Assembly (NCBI GenBank): GCA_025055015.1 | Contig: JANWYQ010000210.1 | Span: forward strand, 22,223-86,222 | Length of the DNA stretch: 64,000 nt | Reading direction: 5' to 3' | Source: Caldilineales bacterium | Lineage (GTDB): Bacteria > Chloroflexota > Anaerolineae > JAAEKA01 | In this document: positions 1 through 10,298 of the stretch, in pieces | How positions within the stretch are numbered: the stretch's first letter is position 1 | Layout: every line of letters starts with the position of its first letter | The notes under the pieces: generated by a model | Databases searched by the model: none | What the model was told of the DNA's origin: nothing | What the model saw: the letters and a program-made list of their open reading frames with translations, nothing else | Program-made: the position numbers and the translations under genes

Positions 1-570
1 CAGGCCGATGGCCATGTCCCGCAGCACACCGGTGGGCTGGCCGGCCGCGTCCCGGTCCACTACGCCGGCCTCCGGGTCGGGGGTGTCGGCGGCGACGCCA
101 GCGGTGCGCAGGGCCATGGTGTTGGCCACGGCCAGGTGCAGGTCGCTGCGCCAGAGCAGCACCGGGTGGTCGGCCGCGACTGCGTCCAGGTCGTGGCGGG
201 TGAGCAGCCGTGGCTCAGGCCAGTCGGTCTCGTTCCACCCCTGGCCGACGATCCAGCGGCCGGGCGGCGTGGCCTCCGCGCGGCGGCCCAGCGCGTCCAG
301 CACCGCCTCTCGCGAGCCGAGGCCGTACAGCGCCAGGCGCTGCCGGCCCAGGGCCCACCTCTGGAAGTGGAAATGGGCGTCGGTCAGCCCCGGCAGCGCG
401 CGGCGGCCCTCCAGGTCCACCGTGCGGGTGCGCGGCCCCGCCAGCGCCAAGATCTCGTGGTCGCTGCCCACGGCCAGGATGCGGCCGTGGCCGATAGCCA
501 GCGCCGTGGCGTGGGGAAAGCGGGGGTCCTGGGTCCACAGCTTGCCGTTGTGCAGGATCAGGTCAGGCAT
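1..570 (-). CDS. Amidohydrolase-family metal-dependent hydrolase (N-terminal part; gene runs off window start)
   Basis: Reverse-strand translation from ATG (complement of 568-570) reads MPDLILHNGKLWTQDP...PGLTDAHFHFQRW... (amidohydrolase-3-like HxH metal motif). Not in the ORF track because no stop lies within the window. Confidence 0.6.
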   Translation of the reverse strand, partial: MPDLILHNGKLWTQDPRFPHATALAIGHGRILAVGSDHEILALAGPRTRTVDLEGRRALPGLTDAHFHFQRWALGRQRLALYGLGSREAVLDALGRRAEATPPGRWIVGQGWNETDWPEPRLLTRHDLDAVAADHPVLLWRSDLHLAVANTMALRTAGVAADTPDPEAGVVDRDAAGQPTGVLRDMAIGL

Positions 571-737
571 CGGGCGCTCCCGTTGGGGGGTAAGGGTATT
601 ATAGCCGCGGGCGCGGCCAGGTCAAGCCGGTCGCCTCGGAGCAGCGCCCCCGCAGATCTTGCGCGACGCTGCGGCTGGCGGTTATGCGGTTATACAGTTG
701 TGGCTATAATGCAAAACGCGCGCAGCGCAAGCCAGCG

Positions 738-1289
738 ATGAACCCGTTCCACTGGGCCTTCGACCAGCTCTATCCCTTGATCCGCTTCGTGCACGAGAAG
801 GTCAGGGGCAACGCCTGGTTTAGCCAGATTGCGCCCGCCGACGGCGTGCCCGAGACCTTGTGGCTGGGCGGCGCGCCCACCTATCCCCGCGATTACCGGT
901 TCCTAGCCGACCACGGCATCCAGGCCGTGCTGGACGTGCGCGAGGAGCGGCTGGGAGACCTGGCCTTCTACGCGCAGCACGGCATCGAGCACGCCAAGCT
1001 GCGGGTGCTGGACATGGCCGTGCCGCCGCCGGAGGTGTTGGACGCCGGGGTGGCCTGGATCAAGGCCCAGGCAGCGCAGGGCCGGCCGGTGTTGGTGCAC
1101 TGCGCCAAGGGCCGCGGCCGCTCGGCCACGGTGCTGGCTGCCTACCTGATGAAGGAACACGGCATGAGCTTCGACGAGGCCCGTCGGCTGCTGGAGGCCC
1201 GCCGCCCGCTGGTGAAGCTGGAGGAACGGCATCGCCGTGGGCTGGAGGCGTGGATCGCAGCCCGACGGAGCGGCGACCATCCAGGGTGA
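738..1289 (+). CDS. Dual-specificity / tyrosine protein phosphatase
   Basis: CX5R active-site loop [12 protein letters not shown]; start chosen at MNPFHW inside ORF 684..1289. Confidence 0.7.
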   Translation: MNPFHWAFDQLYPLIRFVHEKVRGNAWFSQIAPADGVPETLWLGGAPTYPRDYRFLADHGIQAVLDVREERLGDLAFYAQHGIEHAKLRVLDMAVPPPEVLDAGVAWIKAQAAQGRPVLVHCAKGRGRSATVLAAYLMKEHGMSFDEARRLLEARRPLVKLEERHRRGLEAWIAARRSGDHPG

Positions 1290-1296
1290 TGGCCCT

Positions 1297-2166
1297 ATGG
1301 GCACAGCGTACGAGATCGAGCATACCACCCTCCGCGTCAACGGGCTCAGCCTGCACGTGGCGCAGGCCGGCCCAGCCAGCGGCCCGCCGGTCATCCTGTT
1401 GCACGGCTTCCCGGAGTTCTGGGGCGGCTGGCTGAGGCAGATGCCGGCCCTGGCTGCGGCCGGCTACCGCGTGTGGGCGCCCGACCAGCGGGGCTACAAC
1501 CTGAGCGACAAGCCGCGCGGGGTGGCCGCCTACGACATTGACGCCCTGGCGGCCGACGTGGTGGGCCTGATCGAGGCCACGGGCCACGGCCAGGTTGCGC
1601 TGGTGGGCCACGACTGGGGCGCGGCGGTGGCGTGGTGGGTGGCAGGTCGCTATCCCCACCGGCTGCGCCGGCTGGCCATTCTCAACGTGCCCCACCCGGC
1701 GGTGATGGTGCGGACGGTGTGGCGCTCGCCGGCCCAGCTCCGTCGCAGCTGGTACATCTTCTTCTTCCAGCTCCCGCGGCTGCCGGAGGCCAGCCTGAGC
1801 CGGGACGGCTGGACCAACGCCATCCGCACCCTGAAGGGCAGCAGCCGCCGCGGCACCTTCACCGCCGAGGACATCGAGCGCTATCGCACGGCGTGGTCGC
1901 AGCCCGGCGCCATCACGGCGATGATCAACTGGTACCGCGCAGCGGCCCGCAGCCAGGGCAAGCTGGCCGGCCTAGGCCGCATTGCCGTGCCCACGCTGAT
2001 GATCTGGGGCGCGCAGGACATCGCCTTGGGCCGGGAGCTGGCAGAGCCGAGCATCGCCCTGTGCGACCGGGGGCGGCTGGTGTTCATCGAGGAGGCCGGT
2101 CACTTCGTCCAGCACGAGGAGCCGGAGCGGGTCAACGCGCTGTTGTTGGAGTTCCTGGCCGATTGA
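1297..2166 (+). CDS. Alpha/beta hydrolase (epoxide-hydrolase-like fold)
   Basis: HGFPEFW...GHDWG nucleophile-elbow motif, typical of epoxide hydrolase / haloalkane dehalogenase family. Start at MGTAYEIE. Confidence 0.75.
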   Translation: MGTAYEIEHTTLRVNGLSLHVAQAGPASGPPVILLHGFPEFWGGWLRQMPALAAAGYRVWAPDQRGYNLSDKPRGVAAYDIDALAADVVGLIEATGHGQVALVGHDWGAAVAWWVAGRYPHRLRRLAILNVPHPAVMVRTVWRSPAQLRRSWYIFFFQLPRLPEASLSRDGWTNAIRTLKGSSRRGTFTAEDIERYRTAWSQPGAITAMINWYRAAARSQGKLAGLGRIAVPTLMIWGAQDIALGRELAEPSIALCDRGRLVFIEEAGHFVQHEEPERVNALLLEFLAD

Positions 2167-2205
2167 GGCCGCGTCGGTCAAGGCTCAGCGGCTTGTGGAG
2201 GCGGT

Positions 2206-2913
<708 letters not shown>

Positions 2914-3000
2914 CGCAGCCTCAGGCCGCATCTCTCGGGCGGTATCCCTTTGGGCGGCGGCCCGAAAGCTCGGCGGTTCTCAGAACCTCCTCGGTGAACC

Positions 3001-4827
3001 ATGTTCCCCTCGATCCGTTGGCGTATTACGGTTCCTTTTGTGGTTCTGACCCTGGTCACCATGCTGTGGATCACCGGGACCGTCACCGACCAGGTGCGCT
3101 CGGCACGGCTGGCCGACATGAGGGAACAGCTGCTCGTCCAGGCACAGCTGATCGGCGACGCCGTGGCGGAACGCCTAGCAGCTGCTCCTGTGGCCGGGTC
3201 TTTGGACCCAGAGGCGCAGCGCTGGGCGCAGGCCGTCGGCGGCCGCGTCACCATTGTGCACCGCAGCGGTGCCGTCGTTGGGGACTCGGCCCAAGCCGGC
3301 AGCCAATCGCGCGAGGCGCAAGCCTGGCCCGAAGTGCGGCGGGCGCTGAACCAGGGCGAGACGGCCGAGGCGTCGGACGTCGAGGGCAGCCTGCGCATGG
3401 CGGTTCCTGTGCGCCGCGACCAGGAGATCATCGGCGTTGTCCGCATCGTCCTCCCCTTGGGCGAAGCCCTGGCCGAGGTGCGGGCTCTGCAACAGATGCT
3501 CCTGTGGGCGGCCTTGGGCATCACCGGGCTGGTGCTGGCCATGGGCCTGTTGATCGCCAACCGCACGGCGCGTCCGGTGCTCCAGCTCACTGCGGTGGCC
3601 AATCGGCTGGCCGACGGCGACTTGAGCGTGCGCCTGCAGCCGGCCACGCGCGACGAGGTGGGCGAGCTGACGCGCGCCTTCAACCGCATGGCGGCCGAGA
3701 TGCAGGCCCAGATGGAGACTCTGGCCAAGGAGCGCGGCCGGCTGGCGGCGGTATTGGAGAACATGGCCGACGGCGTGGTGATCACCGGCCCCGACGGCCA
3801 CGTGCGGCTGATCAACCCCAGCGCAGCGCGGCTCCTGGACGTCACTCCGACGGGAGCCATCGGCCAGACCTTCGCCCAGGTGGTGCGCCACTACCAGGTG
3901 ATTGACCTGTGGCAGCAGTGCCGGCGTCAACAGGAAATCCAGGTTGGCGAGCTGGAGCTGGACCGCCGCGGCATTTTCTGGCAGGTGATCGTCACCCCGT
4001 TCCACGAGGCAGAGGAACAGGGCTACCTGGTGATCATCCAGGACCTGTCGCGCATCCGCCGGCTGGAGACCGTCCGTCGCGACTTCGTCAGCAACATCTC
4101 CCACGAGCTGCGCACTCCCCTGGCCTCCCTCAAGGCCCTGGTGGAGACCCTGCGCGACGGCGCGCTGGACGATCGGCCGGCCGCCGAGCACTTCCTGGAC
4201 CGCATGGACACCGAGGTGGACGCGCTCACCCAGATGGTCCAGGAGCTGTTGGAGCTGTCGCGCATCGAGTCGGGCCAGGTGGGGCTGCGGCTGGCGCCCA
4301 CCCCCGTCTCGGCCATCGTGGAGCCGCCGGTAGCTCGGCTGGCCGCCCAGGCCGAGCGCAAGGACCTGACCGTCACGGTGAACCTGCCGGACGACTTGCC
4401 GTTGGTGTGGGCCGACGCCGAGCGCATTCAGCAGGTGGTCACCAACCTGGTGCACAACGCCATCAAGTTCACGCCCGAGGGGGGCCGCATCGAGGTGCGC
4501 GCCCGGGCCGGCGTCGGCCATGAGATCCCGGCCAACAGCCAGCGCGCGGCGGTCACCGTGGACGGCGACGCGCCGGTGGTGATCGTGTCGGTGGCCGACA
4601 CCGGCATCGGCATTCCGGCGCGCGACCTGTCCCGCATCTTCGAGCGCTTCTACAAGGCGGACCGCGCGCGGGGGTCCGGCGGCACGGGGCTGGGCCTGGC
4701 CATCGCCCGCCACCTGGTGCAGAGCCACCGCGGGGCCATCTGGGTAGAGAGCGTCGAGGGAAAGGGCAGCACCTTCTACTTCGCCTTGCCGGCCATTGCC
4801 AACGGCGAGAGGAGAAAAGGCACATGA
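3001..4827 (+). CDS. Sensor histidine kinase (TM-HAMP-PAS-HisKA-HATPase), PhoR-like partner of upstream RR
   Basis: Two TM segments, HAMP (LADGDLSVRL), PAS, H-box SHELRTPL, and N/G1/G2 boxes (HNAIKFT, DTGIGI, GGTGLGLAI). Confidence 0.85.
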   Translation: MFPSIRWRITVPFVVLTLVTMLWITGTVTDQVRSARLADMREQLLVQAQLIGDAVAERLAAAPVAGSLDPEAQRWAQAVGGRVTIVHRSGAVVGDSAQAGSQSREAQAWPEVRRALNQGETAEASDVEGSLRMAVPVRRDQEIIGVVRIVLPLGEALAEVRALQQMLLWAALGITGLVLAMGLLIANRTARPVLQLTAVANRLADGDLSVRLQPATRDEVGELTRAFNRMAAEMQAQMETLAKERGRLAAVLENMADGVVITGPDGHVRLINPSAARLLDVTPTGAIGQTFAQVVRHYQVIDLWQQCRRQQEIQVGELELDRRGIFWQVIVTPFHEAEEQGYLVIIQDLSRIRRLETVRRDFVSNISHELRTPLASLKALVETLRDGALDDRPAAEHFLDRMDTEVDALTQMVQELLELSRIESGQVGLRLAPTPVSAIVEPPVARLAAQAERKDLTVTVNLPDDLPLVWADAERIQQVVTNLVHNAIKFTPEGGRIEVRARAGVGHEIPANSQRAAVTVDGDAPVVIVSVADTGIGIPARDLSRIFERFYKADRARGSGGTGLGLAIARHLVQSHRGAIWVESVEGKGSTFYFALPAIANGERRKGT

Positions 4828-4894
4828 TGGACGGTGGAGGCTGGATGAGCCGCCTGAGCGCAAGCCGACACCGTCCACTCGTGCACCGGCCAGG

Positions 4895-4923
4895 TTGTAG
4901 CGTCCCTGCTTGTGTGATATGAT
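4895..4923 (+). promoter_or_regulatory. Putative sigma70-type promoter (TTGTAG-17-TATGAT) for the 4988-7270 unit
   Basis: Hexamers with 17-nt spacer located 65 nt upstream of the ATG at 4988. Confidence 0.35.
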
Positions 4924-4987
4924 GGACTTCACAGCCGGACAGGGCCCCTGTCGCCGGCTGTGGACATCGGTTGGAGAGAAACCCTCT

Positions 4988-5716
4988 ATGTCTGGTGGCA
5001 ACGGCAAAACCAACGGCGACAGCGGGGCCGAGCAGCTGAGCGGCTTGTTCGCGTCCGAAGACGCGGAGATGCCGCCGCCCCCCGGCTTCTACGTGACCTT
5101 TGAGCACGTGATCAACTCGCTGCTGTGGGCCGCTACGCAGAACAAGCTGCGCGTCTACGAGCTGCGAAGCACCTTGGACATCATCACCTTGGATCGCGAG
5201 TTCAAGGCCTATGTCGTGCCCCAGAGCTGGAAGCCGCCCTATCACCTCTACGCCGAGATCTCGTTCTACTGGCCCGCCGAGTACTCGGTGGCCGGCACCC
5301 ACGGCGACGAGGTGATCTGCACCATGTATCACGACAGCGAGGAGGAGTGTCCCCACGAGCCGGGCGGCGCAGAGTTTCCCCTAGACATCGAGGTTCACTA
5401 CCAAATGCCCGATGCGCTGGTGAGCAGCGTGGACAGCGACGCCGGGGTCGAGGCCATCGCCCGGCGCATCCGCTCGCTGTTCGCCGAGGCCGCGCCCCAG
5501 TCCAACGCCGTCACGGTGGAGGTGGGCGCGTCCTTTGCCGACGATGGCCTGCGTCTGACCTCCATTGCGGCGCACGGCTTTTGGGCCCTGGAAGAGGAGA
5601 TGCGCGACCTGTCCAAGGTGGCCATGGCGCTCCTGGGATTGCTGGACGACGTTGGCCGGGCTCTGAAGCGGTTCGCCAAGGAGTTCGCACCGGGCCAGGA
5701 GGGCTTGCAGCCATGA
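4988..5716 (+). CDS. Hypothetical cytoplasmic protein (no recognisable domain)
   Basis: Readable non-repetitive ORF. Start at MSGGNGKTNG (atg 4988). Stop overlaps the next start (ATGA). Confidence 0.6.
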   Translation: MSGGNGKTNGDSGAEQLSGLFASEDAEMPPPPGFYVTFEHVINSLLWAATQNKLRVYELRSTLDIITLDREFKAYVVPQSWKPPYHLYAEISFYWPAEYSVAGTHGDEVICTMYHDSEEECPHEPGGAEFPLDIEVHYQMPDALVSSVDSDAGVEAIARRIRSLFAEAAPQSNAVTVEVGASFADDGLRLTSIAAHGFWALEEEMRDLSKVAMALLGLLDDVGRALKRFAKEFAPGQEGLQP

Positions 5717-6720
5717 CCGCGGCCGAGATGCGGCTGGAGCTGCGGCCGGCCCAAGTCTACGTCGCCGTCTACGACCGCCTCCCTCACCCCAGCCTCGGCC
5801 CTGTGCAGGAGTTCGTGTTGGAGGTGGGCATCACGGCCAACCGGCCGGTGGTGCTCACCGATGTGGTGTGGCGGGTGTTCGACCGCAACGACCACGTGGC
5901 CTTCGTGCGCCAACGCGTGGGCGAGGTGGCCATGAACGAGCTGACCGCCGGCCAGTACGGCGTGGCGCCCGGCCTGGGACTGGCCCTGCGCCGCTGCTAC
6001 TTCCTGGAGCAGGGGCTCTTGCCGCTCAGCAAGGTGCGGGTGAGCGTGGCCGGCTTCGACTATGAGACGCGCGGCATCGTGTCGGCGGCAGGCGAGGTGC
6101 CGCTGGTGTACCACCAGCAGCGGGCGCGGCTGCGATTGCCGGTGGCCGAGGGCGTCTGGTGGGCCATCACCGGCAACGACTGGACCAGCCTGCACAAGGC
6201 CGAGCCTATTAGCTGGCCCTTCGCCTACGATTTCGTGCGGCTGGGACCCGAGGGCCGCACCTTCAGCGGCAGCGGCCTGGCCAACGAGGACCACTACAGC
6301 TTCGGCCAGCCCGTGGTGGCGCCCGCAGGCGGCAAGGTGGTGGCGGTGCGGGACGACCTGCCCGACCAGCCGCCCGGCCAGCCCATGGACCCGGCGCTGC
6401 TGCAAGAGGACCCGACGCGCGTGGCCGGCAACGTGGTGGTGATCGCTCACGGCTACGGCGAGTTCAGCTACCTGGCGCATCTGCAACAGGGCAGCGTGCG
6501 CGTGCGCCAGGGCCAGCGGGTGCGCCAGGGTCAGGTGGTGGCCGCCGTGGGCAACTCCGGCCAGTCCCCCGGCCCGCATCTGCACTATCACCTACAGAAC
6601 GGACCAAACCTGTTCGTGGACCAGGGTTTGCCTGTGTTGTTCAGCGACTTCACCGCCGTGGGCGATGTCGTGGAGCAAGCCAGCATCCCCGCCCGCATGA
6701 TCGTAAGCCCGGCGCGTTGA
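5713..6720 (+). CDS. M23/LytM-domain peptidase-family protein lacking a signal peptide, with ~190-aa N-terminal extension
   Basis: C-terminal LytM signatures (GNSGQSPGPHLHYHL = HxH; NVVVIAHGYGEFSYLAHL). The first metal-binding motif reads HYSFG rather than HxxxD. N-terminus MTAAEMRLELRPAQ is not signal-like. ATGA overlap with the upstream gene. Confidence 0.7.
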   Translation: MTAAEMRLELRPAQVYVAVYDRLPHPSLGPVQEFVLEVGITANRPVVLTDVVWRVFDRNDHVAFVRQRVGEVAMNELTAGQYGVAPGLGLALRRCYFLEQGLLPLSKVRVSVAGFDYETRGIVSAAGEVPLVYHQQRARLRLPVAEGVWWAITGNDWTSLHKAEPISWPFAYDFVRLGPEGRTFSGSGLANEDHYSFGQPVVAPAGGKVVAVRDDLPDQPPGQPMDPALLQEDPTRVAGNVVVIAHGYGEFSYLAHLQQGSVRVRQGQRVRQGQVVAAVGNSGQSPGPHLHYHLQNGPNLFVDQGLPVLFSDFTAVGDVVEQASIPARMIVSPAR

Positions 6721-6787
6721 GCGCCGCCCTTCCCCCATCCTGTCTTGAGATCGAGGCGGGATCTAGACTAAAAAGGAGAACTGCAAC

Positions 6788-7270
6788 ATGGCATCAACCA
6801 ACGGCACCTCAGACGTGGTGGCGAGCGCAGAGCTGCTGGAGGACGAGCTGATCACCGAGTTGACCGACGAAGCTTACGAGGAGCTGGCCTCGCTGGAGGG
6901 CAGCCTGGTGGTGGGAGTGTCCTTCTGGGATAGCTCTCTGGCAGACGACCTGGAAGAGGGGGAAATTGCGCCCGAAGAGCGCATGCTGCTCGACCTGGAC
7001 ATCTACCTGGAGAACAACGTGACCCTGGAGCTCTACGGGGTAGCTCTCTACACCTCTCTGGAGGATCCGGAGCCCGTGGTGGGCATGGAGAACCTGGAGC
7101 AGGCTCTGGTGGCTATGGTGGACCGGGAGAGCATCTTGGACGAGGTAGCGGAGAGCGAGGACGGCGCCCTGGTGCTGGTGTTCTCTGCCGGCGGCGAGAT
7201 CACGCTGCTGGCCAGCGTCAGCGCCTGGACCATCTCCGAGTGGGACGAGCTGCCGAGCGAGGCTGACTGA
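6788..7270 (+). CDS. Small highly acidic hypothetical protein (160 aa, ~25% D/E)
   Basis: Strong RBS aaaaggagaa upstream; ORF rich in E/D/L. GC-rich hairpin at 7277-7311 follows. Confidence 0.6.
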   Translation: MASTNGTSDVVASAELLEDELITELTDEAYEELASLEGSLVVGVSFWDSSLADDLEEGEIAPEERMLLDLDIYLENNVTLELYGVALYTSLEDPEPVVGMENLEQALVAMVDRESILDEVAESEDGALVLVFSAGGEITLLASVSAWTISEWDELPSEAD

Positions 7271-7341
7271 AGCCCTGCCGCGCGGGGAGAGGAGGCCCTC
7301 TCCCCGCGTGGCCGTGACGTCCAATCCGGACAGAGCCGGCC

Positions 7342-8610
7342 GTGACTCTGCCTACCGATGCAGCCTACGCGGCGTCCCTGGACGCGCTGGACCCCCTGGC
7401 CGCCTGGCGCGAGCGCTTCGTCGTCGCCGACTCCGACCTGATCTACCTGGACGGCAACTCCCTGGGCCGGCTGCCCAAGGCCGCAGCGGAGCTGGCCGCG
7501 ACCTTGGTCAACGAGCAGTGGGGCCGAGACCTGATCCGCGGCTGGAACGCCGGCTGGTGGCAGGCGCCGGAGCGCATCGGCGCCAAGATCGCCCGCCTGA
7601 TCGGCGCCCAGCCGGACGAGGTGATCGTGGCCGACTCCACGTCGGTGAACTTGTTCAAGCTGGCAGTGGCGGCCCTGCGCTGCCAGCCCGGCCGCAGCCG
7701 CATCCTCACCGACGACCTCAACTTCCCCTCCGACCTGTACATCCTGCAAGGGGTGGTGAACCTGCTGGGCGGCCGGCATCGCATGGAGGTGATCCCCTCG
7801 CCCGACGGCGTCCACGGCCCAGAGGACGCGCTGCTGGGCCGGCTGGACGAGGACGTCGCCCTGGTCACCCTCTCGCACACGGCCTTTAAGAGCGGCTTCG
7901 TCTACGACATGGCCAAGGTGACGGCCGCCGCCCACGCAGCAGGAGCCCTGACCCTGTGGGACCTGAGCCATTCGGTGGGCGCGGTGCCCGTGGACTTGAA
8001 CGGGGCCAAGGCCGATCTGGCTGTGGGCTGCACCTACAAATATCTCAACGGCGGCCCCGGCGCGCCGGCCTTCCTCTACGTGCGCCGCGACCTGCAGGAG
8101 GCCCTGGGCAACCCTATCTCCGGCTGGTGGGGCCAGGAGCGGCCCTTCGCCTTCGACCTGACCTATCGCCCTGCTACGGGAATGCGCCGCTTCCTCACCG
8201 GCACCATGCCTGTGCTCTCCCTGGCCTTGATCGAGCCGGGGGTGGACCTGCTGCTGGCTGCAGGCATGGAGGCCGTGCGCGCCAAGTCCGTCGCTCAAAC
8301 CGAGTACCTCATCGGCCTGTGGGAGGCCGTGTTGGCGCCGCTGGGCTTTCGTTTGAGCTCCCCGCGCGACCCTCGGCGTCGCGGCAGCCACGTTTCCTTG
8401 GGGCACGACGAGGGGTTGCGGATTGACCTGGCGCTGATCCACGACATGCAGGTGTTGCCCGACTTTCGCGCGCCCGACCACATCCGGCTGGGCGTCGCGC
8501 CCCTCTACACCAGCTACACCGACCTGCACACGGCCGTGATGCGCATGGCCGCGGTGGTGCAGGGGCGGCTGTACGAGAAGTACACGGCGGCAGCGCCGAC
8601 CGTTACTTGA
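7342..8610 (+). CDS. kynU: Kynureninase (PLP-dependent)
   Basis: Kynureninase signatures (GCTYKYLNGGPGAPAFLYV; LIYLDGNSLG; DLSHSVG). GTG start. Confidence 0.85.
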   Translation: MTLPTDAAYAASLDALDPLAAWRERFVVADSDLIYLDGNSLGRLPKAAAELAATLVNEQWGRDLIRGWNAGWWQAPERIGAKIARLIGAQPDEVIVADSTSVNLFKLAVAALRCQPGRSRILTDDLNFPSDLYILQGVVNLLGGRHRMEVIPSPDGVHGPEDALLGRLDEDVALVTLSHTAFKSGFVYDMAKVTAAAHAAGALTLWDLSHSVGAVPVDLNGAKADLAVGCTYKYLNGGPGAPAFLYVRRDLQEALGNPISGWWGQERPFAFDLTYRPATGMRRFLTGTMPVLSLALIEPGVDLLLAAGMEAVRAKSVAQTEYLIGLWEAVLAPLGFRLSSPRDPRRRGSHVSLGHDEGLRIDLALIHDMQVLPDFRAPDHIRLGVAPLYTSYTDLHTAVMRMAAVVQGRLYEKYTAAAPTVT

Positions 8611-8638
8611 CAAAGGCCGTTACCAGGTTGGCGCGTTT

Positions 8639-8667
8639 TTTTGCAGCATGGTTTGATTTGTGCTATA
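8639..8667 (+). promoter_or_regulatory. Putative promoter TTGCAG-17-TATAAG with extended -10 (TGc), driving a ~180-nt leader
   Basis: Hexamers and spacer seen in a lower-GC intergenic stretch directly after the kynU stop. Confidence 0.35.
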
Positions 8668-8845
8668 AGATGTGCGTGTTCAATGCCATTCGAGAGATGC
8701 GTGCCTTCAAGGGTGGCTGTGGTCGTTTAGCTTCTTCCTCTCGTAGTCTAAGGTTGGTGTTTCGACGCAGGTTGGGGCACCTCCTTTGGCTTTCCCTCGT
8801 CCGCTTTTCCTCTCTCATTCACTCTAGAACCAAGGAGGTATCGTC

Positions 8846-9415
8846 ATGGCAGCAGCAGAAGCGTTTGCCAGCCCTAAGCCCCTGAAGTGGTGGGTTCCCC
8901 TCGTGCAGGGCATTGTGGCCATCATCGTCGGTGTGTTGTTCCTGACCGAGCCCGGCCGCACGGCCAAGATCGCGGTTTTCGCCCTAGGCGTCTACTGGCT
9001 GGTGCTGGGGGTTCTGGACCTGCTCGGCCTCTTCCGCGACCGCACGGCCTGGGGATGGAAGCTCTTCTCCGGCATCATCGGCATCCTGGCCGGCGGCTTG
9101 ATCGTCAACGGCTTCTTGGGCGGCGCTACTGCGCTGGACCGCCTACTGACCACCGTGATGGTGGGCATGGCCCTGGCCACGGTGATCGGCGTTCTGGGCT
9201 TGATCTACGGAATCTTGCTGCTGATCTCTGGCTTCCGCGGAGGCGGGGCCGGCGCCATCATCATCGGCGTGATCACCGTGATCCTCGCCCTGATTATCCT
9301 CTTCCGTCCGCTGGCGACTGCTCTAGCGCTGCCGTTGGTCATCGGCATCTGGTTGATCATCGGCGGCATCATCTCCGTGATCCTGGCCTTTAGCCTGCGC
9401 GGCGCCCAGGCGTAG
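8846..9415 (+). CDS. DUF308/HdeD-family small polytopic membrane protein
   Basis: Six hydrophobic helices with GxxxG-rich repeats. RBS caaggaggt. Confidence 0.7.
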   Translation: MAAAEAFASPKPLKWWVPLVQGIVAIIVGVLFLTEPGRTAKIAVFALGVYWLVLGVLDLLGLFRDRTAWGWKLFSGIIGILAGGLIVNGFLGGATALDRLLTTVMVGMALATVIGVLGLIYGILLLISGFRGGGAGAIIIGVITVILALIILFRPLATALALPLVIGIWLIIGGIISVILAFSLRGAQA

Positions 9416-9568
9416 CCGCCGACACCCGTCGTATGGGTCACCGATGACAAGCAAGGAGAGGGCTGCCCGTTGCGGCTCTCTCCTTGTTGTTTACCTGCGC
9501 CGAGTCGGTTGGCACGTATCTTGGCTTGACTTCGCTCTTGTACGCTGCGAACGTGAGGAGGATTGTCT

Positions 9569-10228
9569 GTGCCTAGCGACAACTTTCTCAGCGTGATGTG
9601 CTTTGCCCTCCTGGCTCTGGTGTACGGCCTCGGGCTGACGTTCTTCGGCTATCGCCTGTTCCTGTTCTTATTGCCCATCTGGGGCTTTGTGTTCGGCTTC
9701 GTCTTCGGCGCCCAAGCGCTCCAGGCTTTGCTGGGTGAGGGCTTCTTGGTGTCGGTGACGAGCTGGATCGTTGGCTTCTTCGTCGGTGCGGTGTTCGCCA
9801 TCCTGTCGTATCTGTTCTACTTCTTCGCAGTGGGTGTCGTCGCCGGCTCTCTAGGCTACTCGCTGACCACGGGCTTCTTCACCGGGCTGCTGAACATGCG
9901 CATGAACCTGCTGGTGTGGCTCATCGCCGTGTTGGTGGCGGCCGTGGTGATCTTCATCACCTACCGCTTCAACCTGCAGAAGTACGTGGTGATCGTGGCG
10001 ACTGCCGTGCTGGGCGCTGGGTCCATCGTGGCTACCTTGGCGTGGGTCTTCCGGCCGTCGCAGGAGGCGGTGGAACGGCCCGTGCGCGCTATACTGGACG
10101 CCGGTCCTCTCCTGACGGTCTTGGCGGCGGTGTTGATCGTCGCCGGCGTTCTCGTCCAGCTTCGCGCCAACCGGTATTACACGGTCGAGGAGTACAACAA
10201 CTGGGACGCGTGGAGCCGGCCTGCGTAG
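9569..10228 (+). CDS. Hypothetical polytopic membrane protein
   Basis: Six predicted TM helices. GTG start 7 nt after gaggagg (the TTG at 9563 is too close to the SD). Confidence 0.6.
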   Translation: MPSDNFLSVMCFALLALVYGLGLTFFGYRLFLFLLPIWGFVFGFVFGAQALQALLGEGFLVSVTSWIVGFFVGAVFAILSYLFYFFAVGVVAGSLGYSLTTGFFTGLLNMRMNLLVWLIAVLVAAVVIFITYRFNLQKYVVIVATAVLGAGSIVATLAWVFRPSQEAVERPVRAILDAGPLLTVLAAVLIVAGVLVQLRANRYYTVEEYNNWDAWSRPA

Positions 10229-10298
10229 GGGCTTTCGCCAACGGTTACCAGGTCCCCTAGGGGCGGCAACAGCGACCCTTACCTGAAAGGAGTACCTT

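Noticed and set aside
8-741. ORFs 8..604, 136..741, 210..497 (+) and 215..538 (-) at window start
   Set aside because: Translations are Arg/Pro/Gly-rich low-complexity sequence typical of wrong-frame ORFs in high-GC DNA. The real gene is the amidohydrolase on the minus strand, which has no in-window stop.
3175-5013. 612-aa minus-strand ORF antisense to the histidine kinase
   Set aside because: Shadow ORF. The protein is dominated by R/G/A/P with no motifs, whereas the + strand encodes a textbook HK.
8607-8885. 92-aa ORF covering the leader upstream of the DUF308 gene
   Set aside because: It lies within the putative 5' leader and overlaps the promoter and SD of the next gene. Its amino-acid composition is atypical. 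More likely non-coding regulatory RNA.
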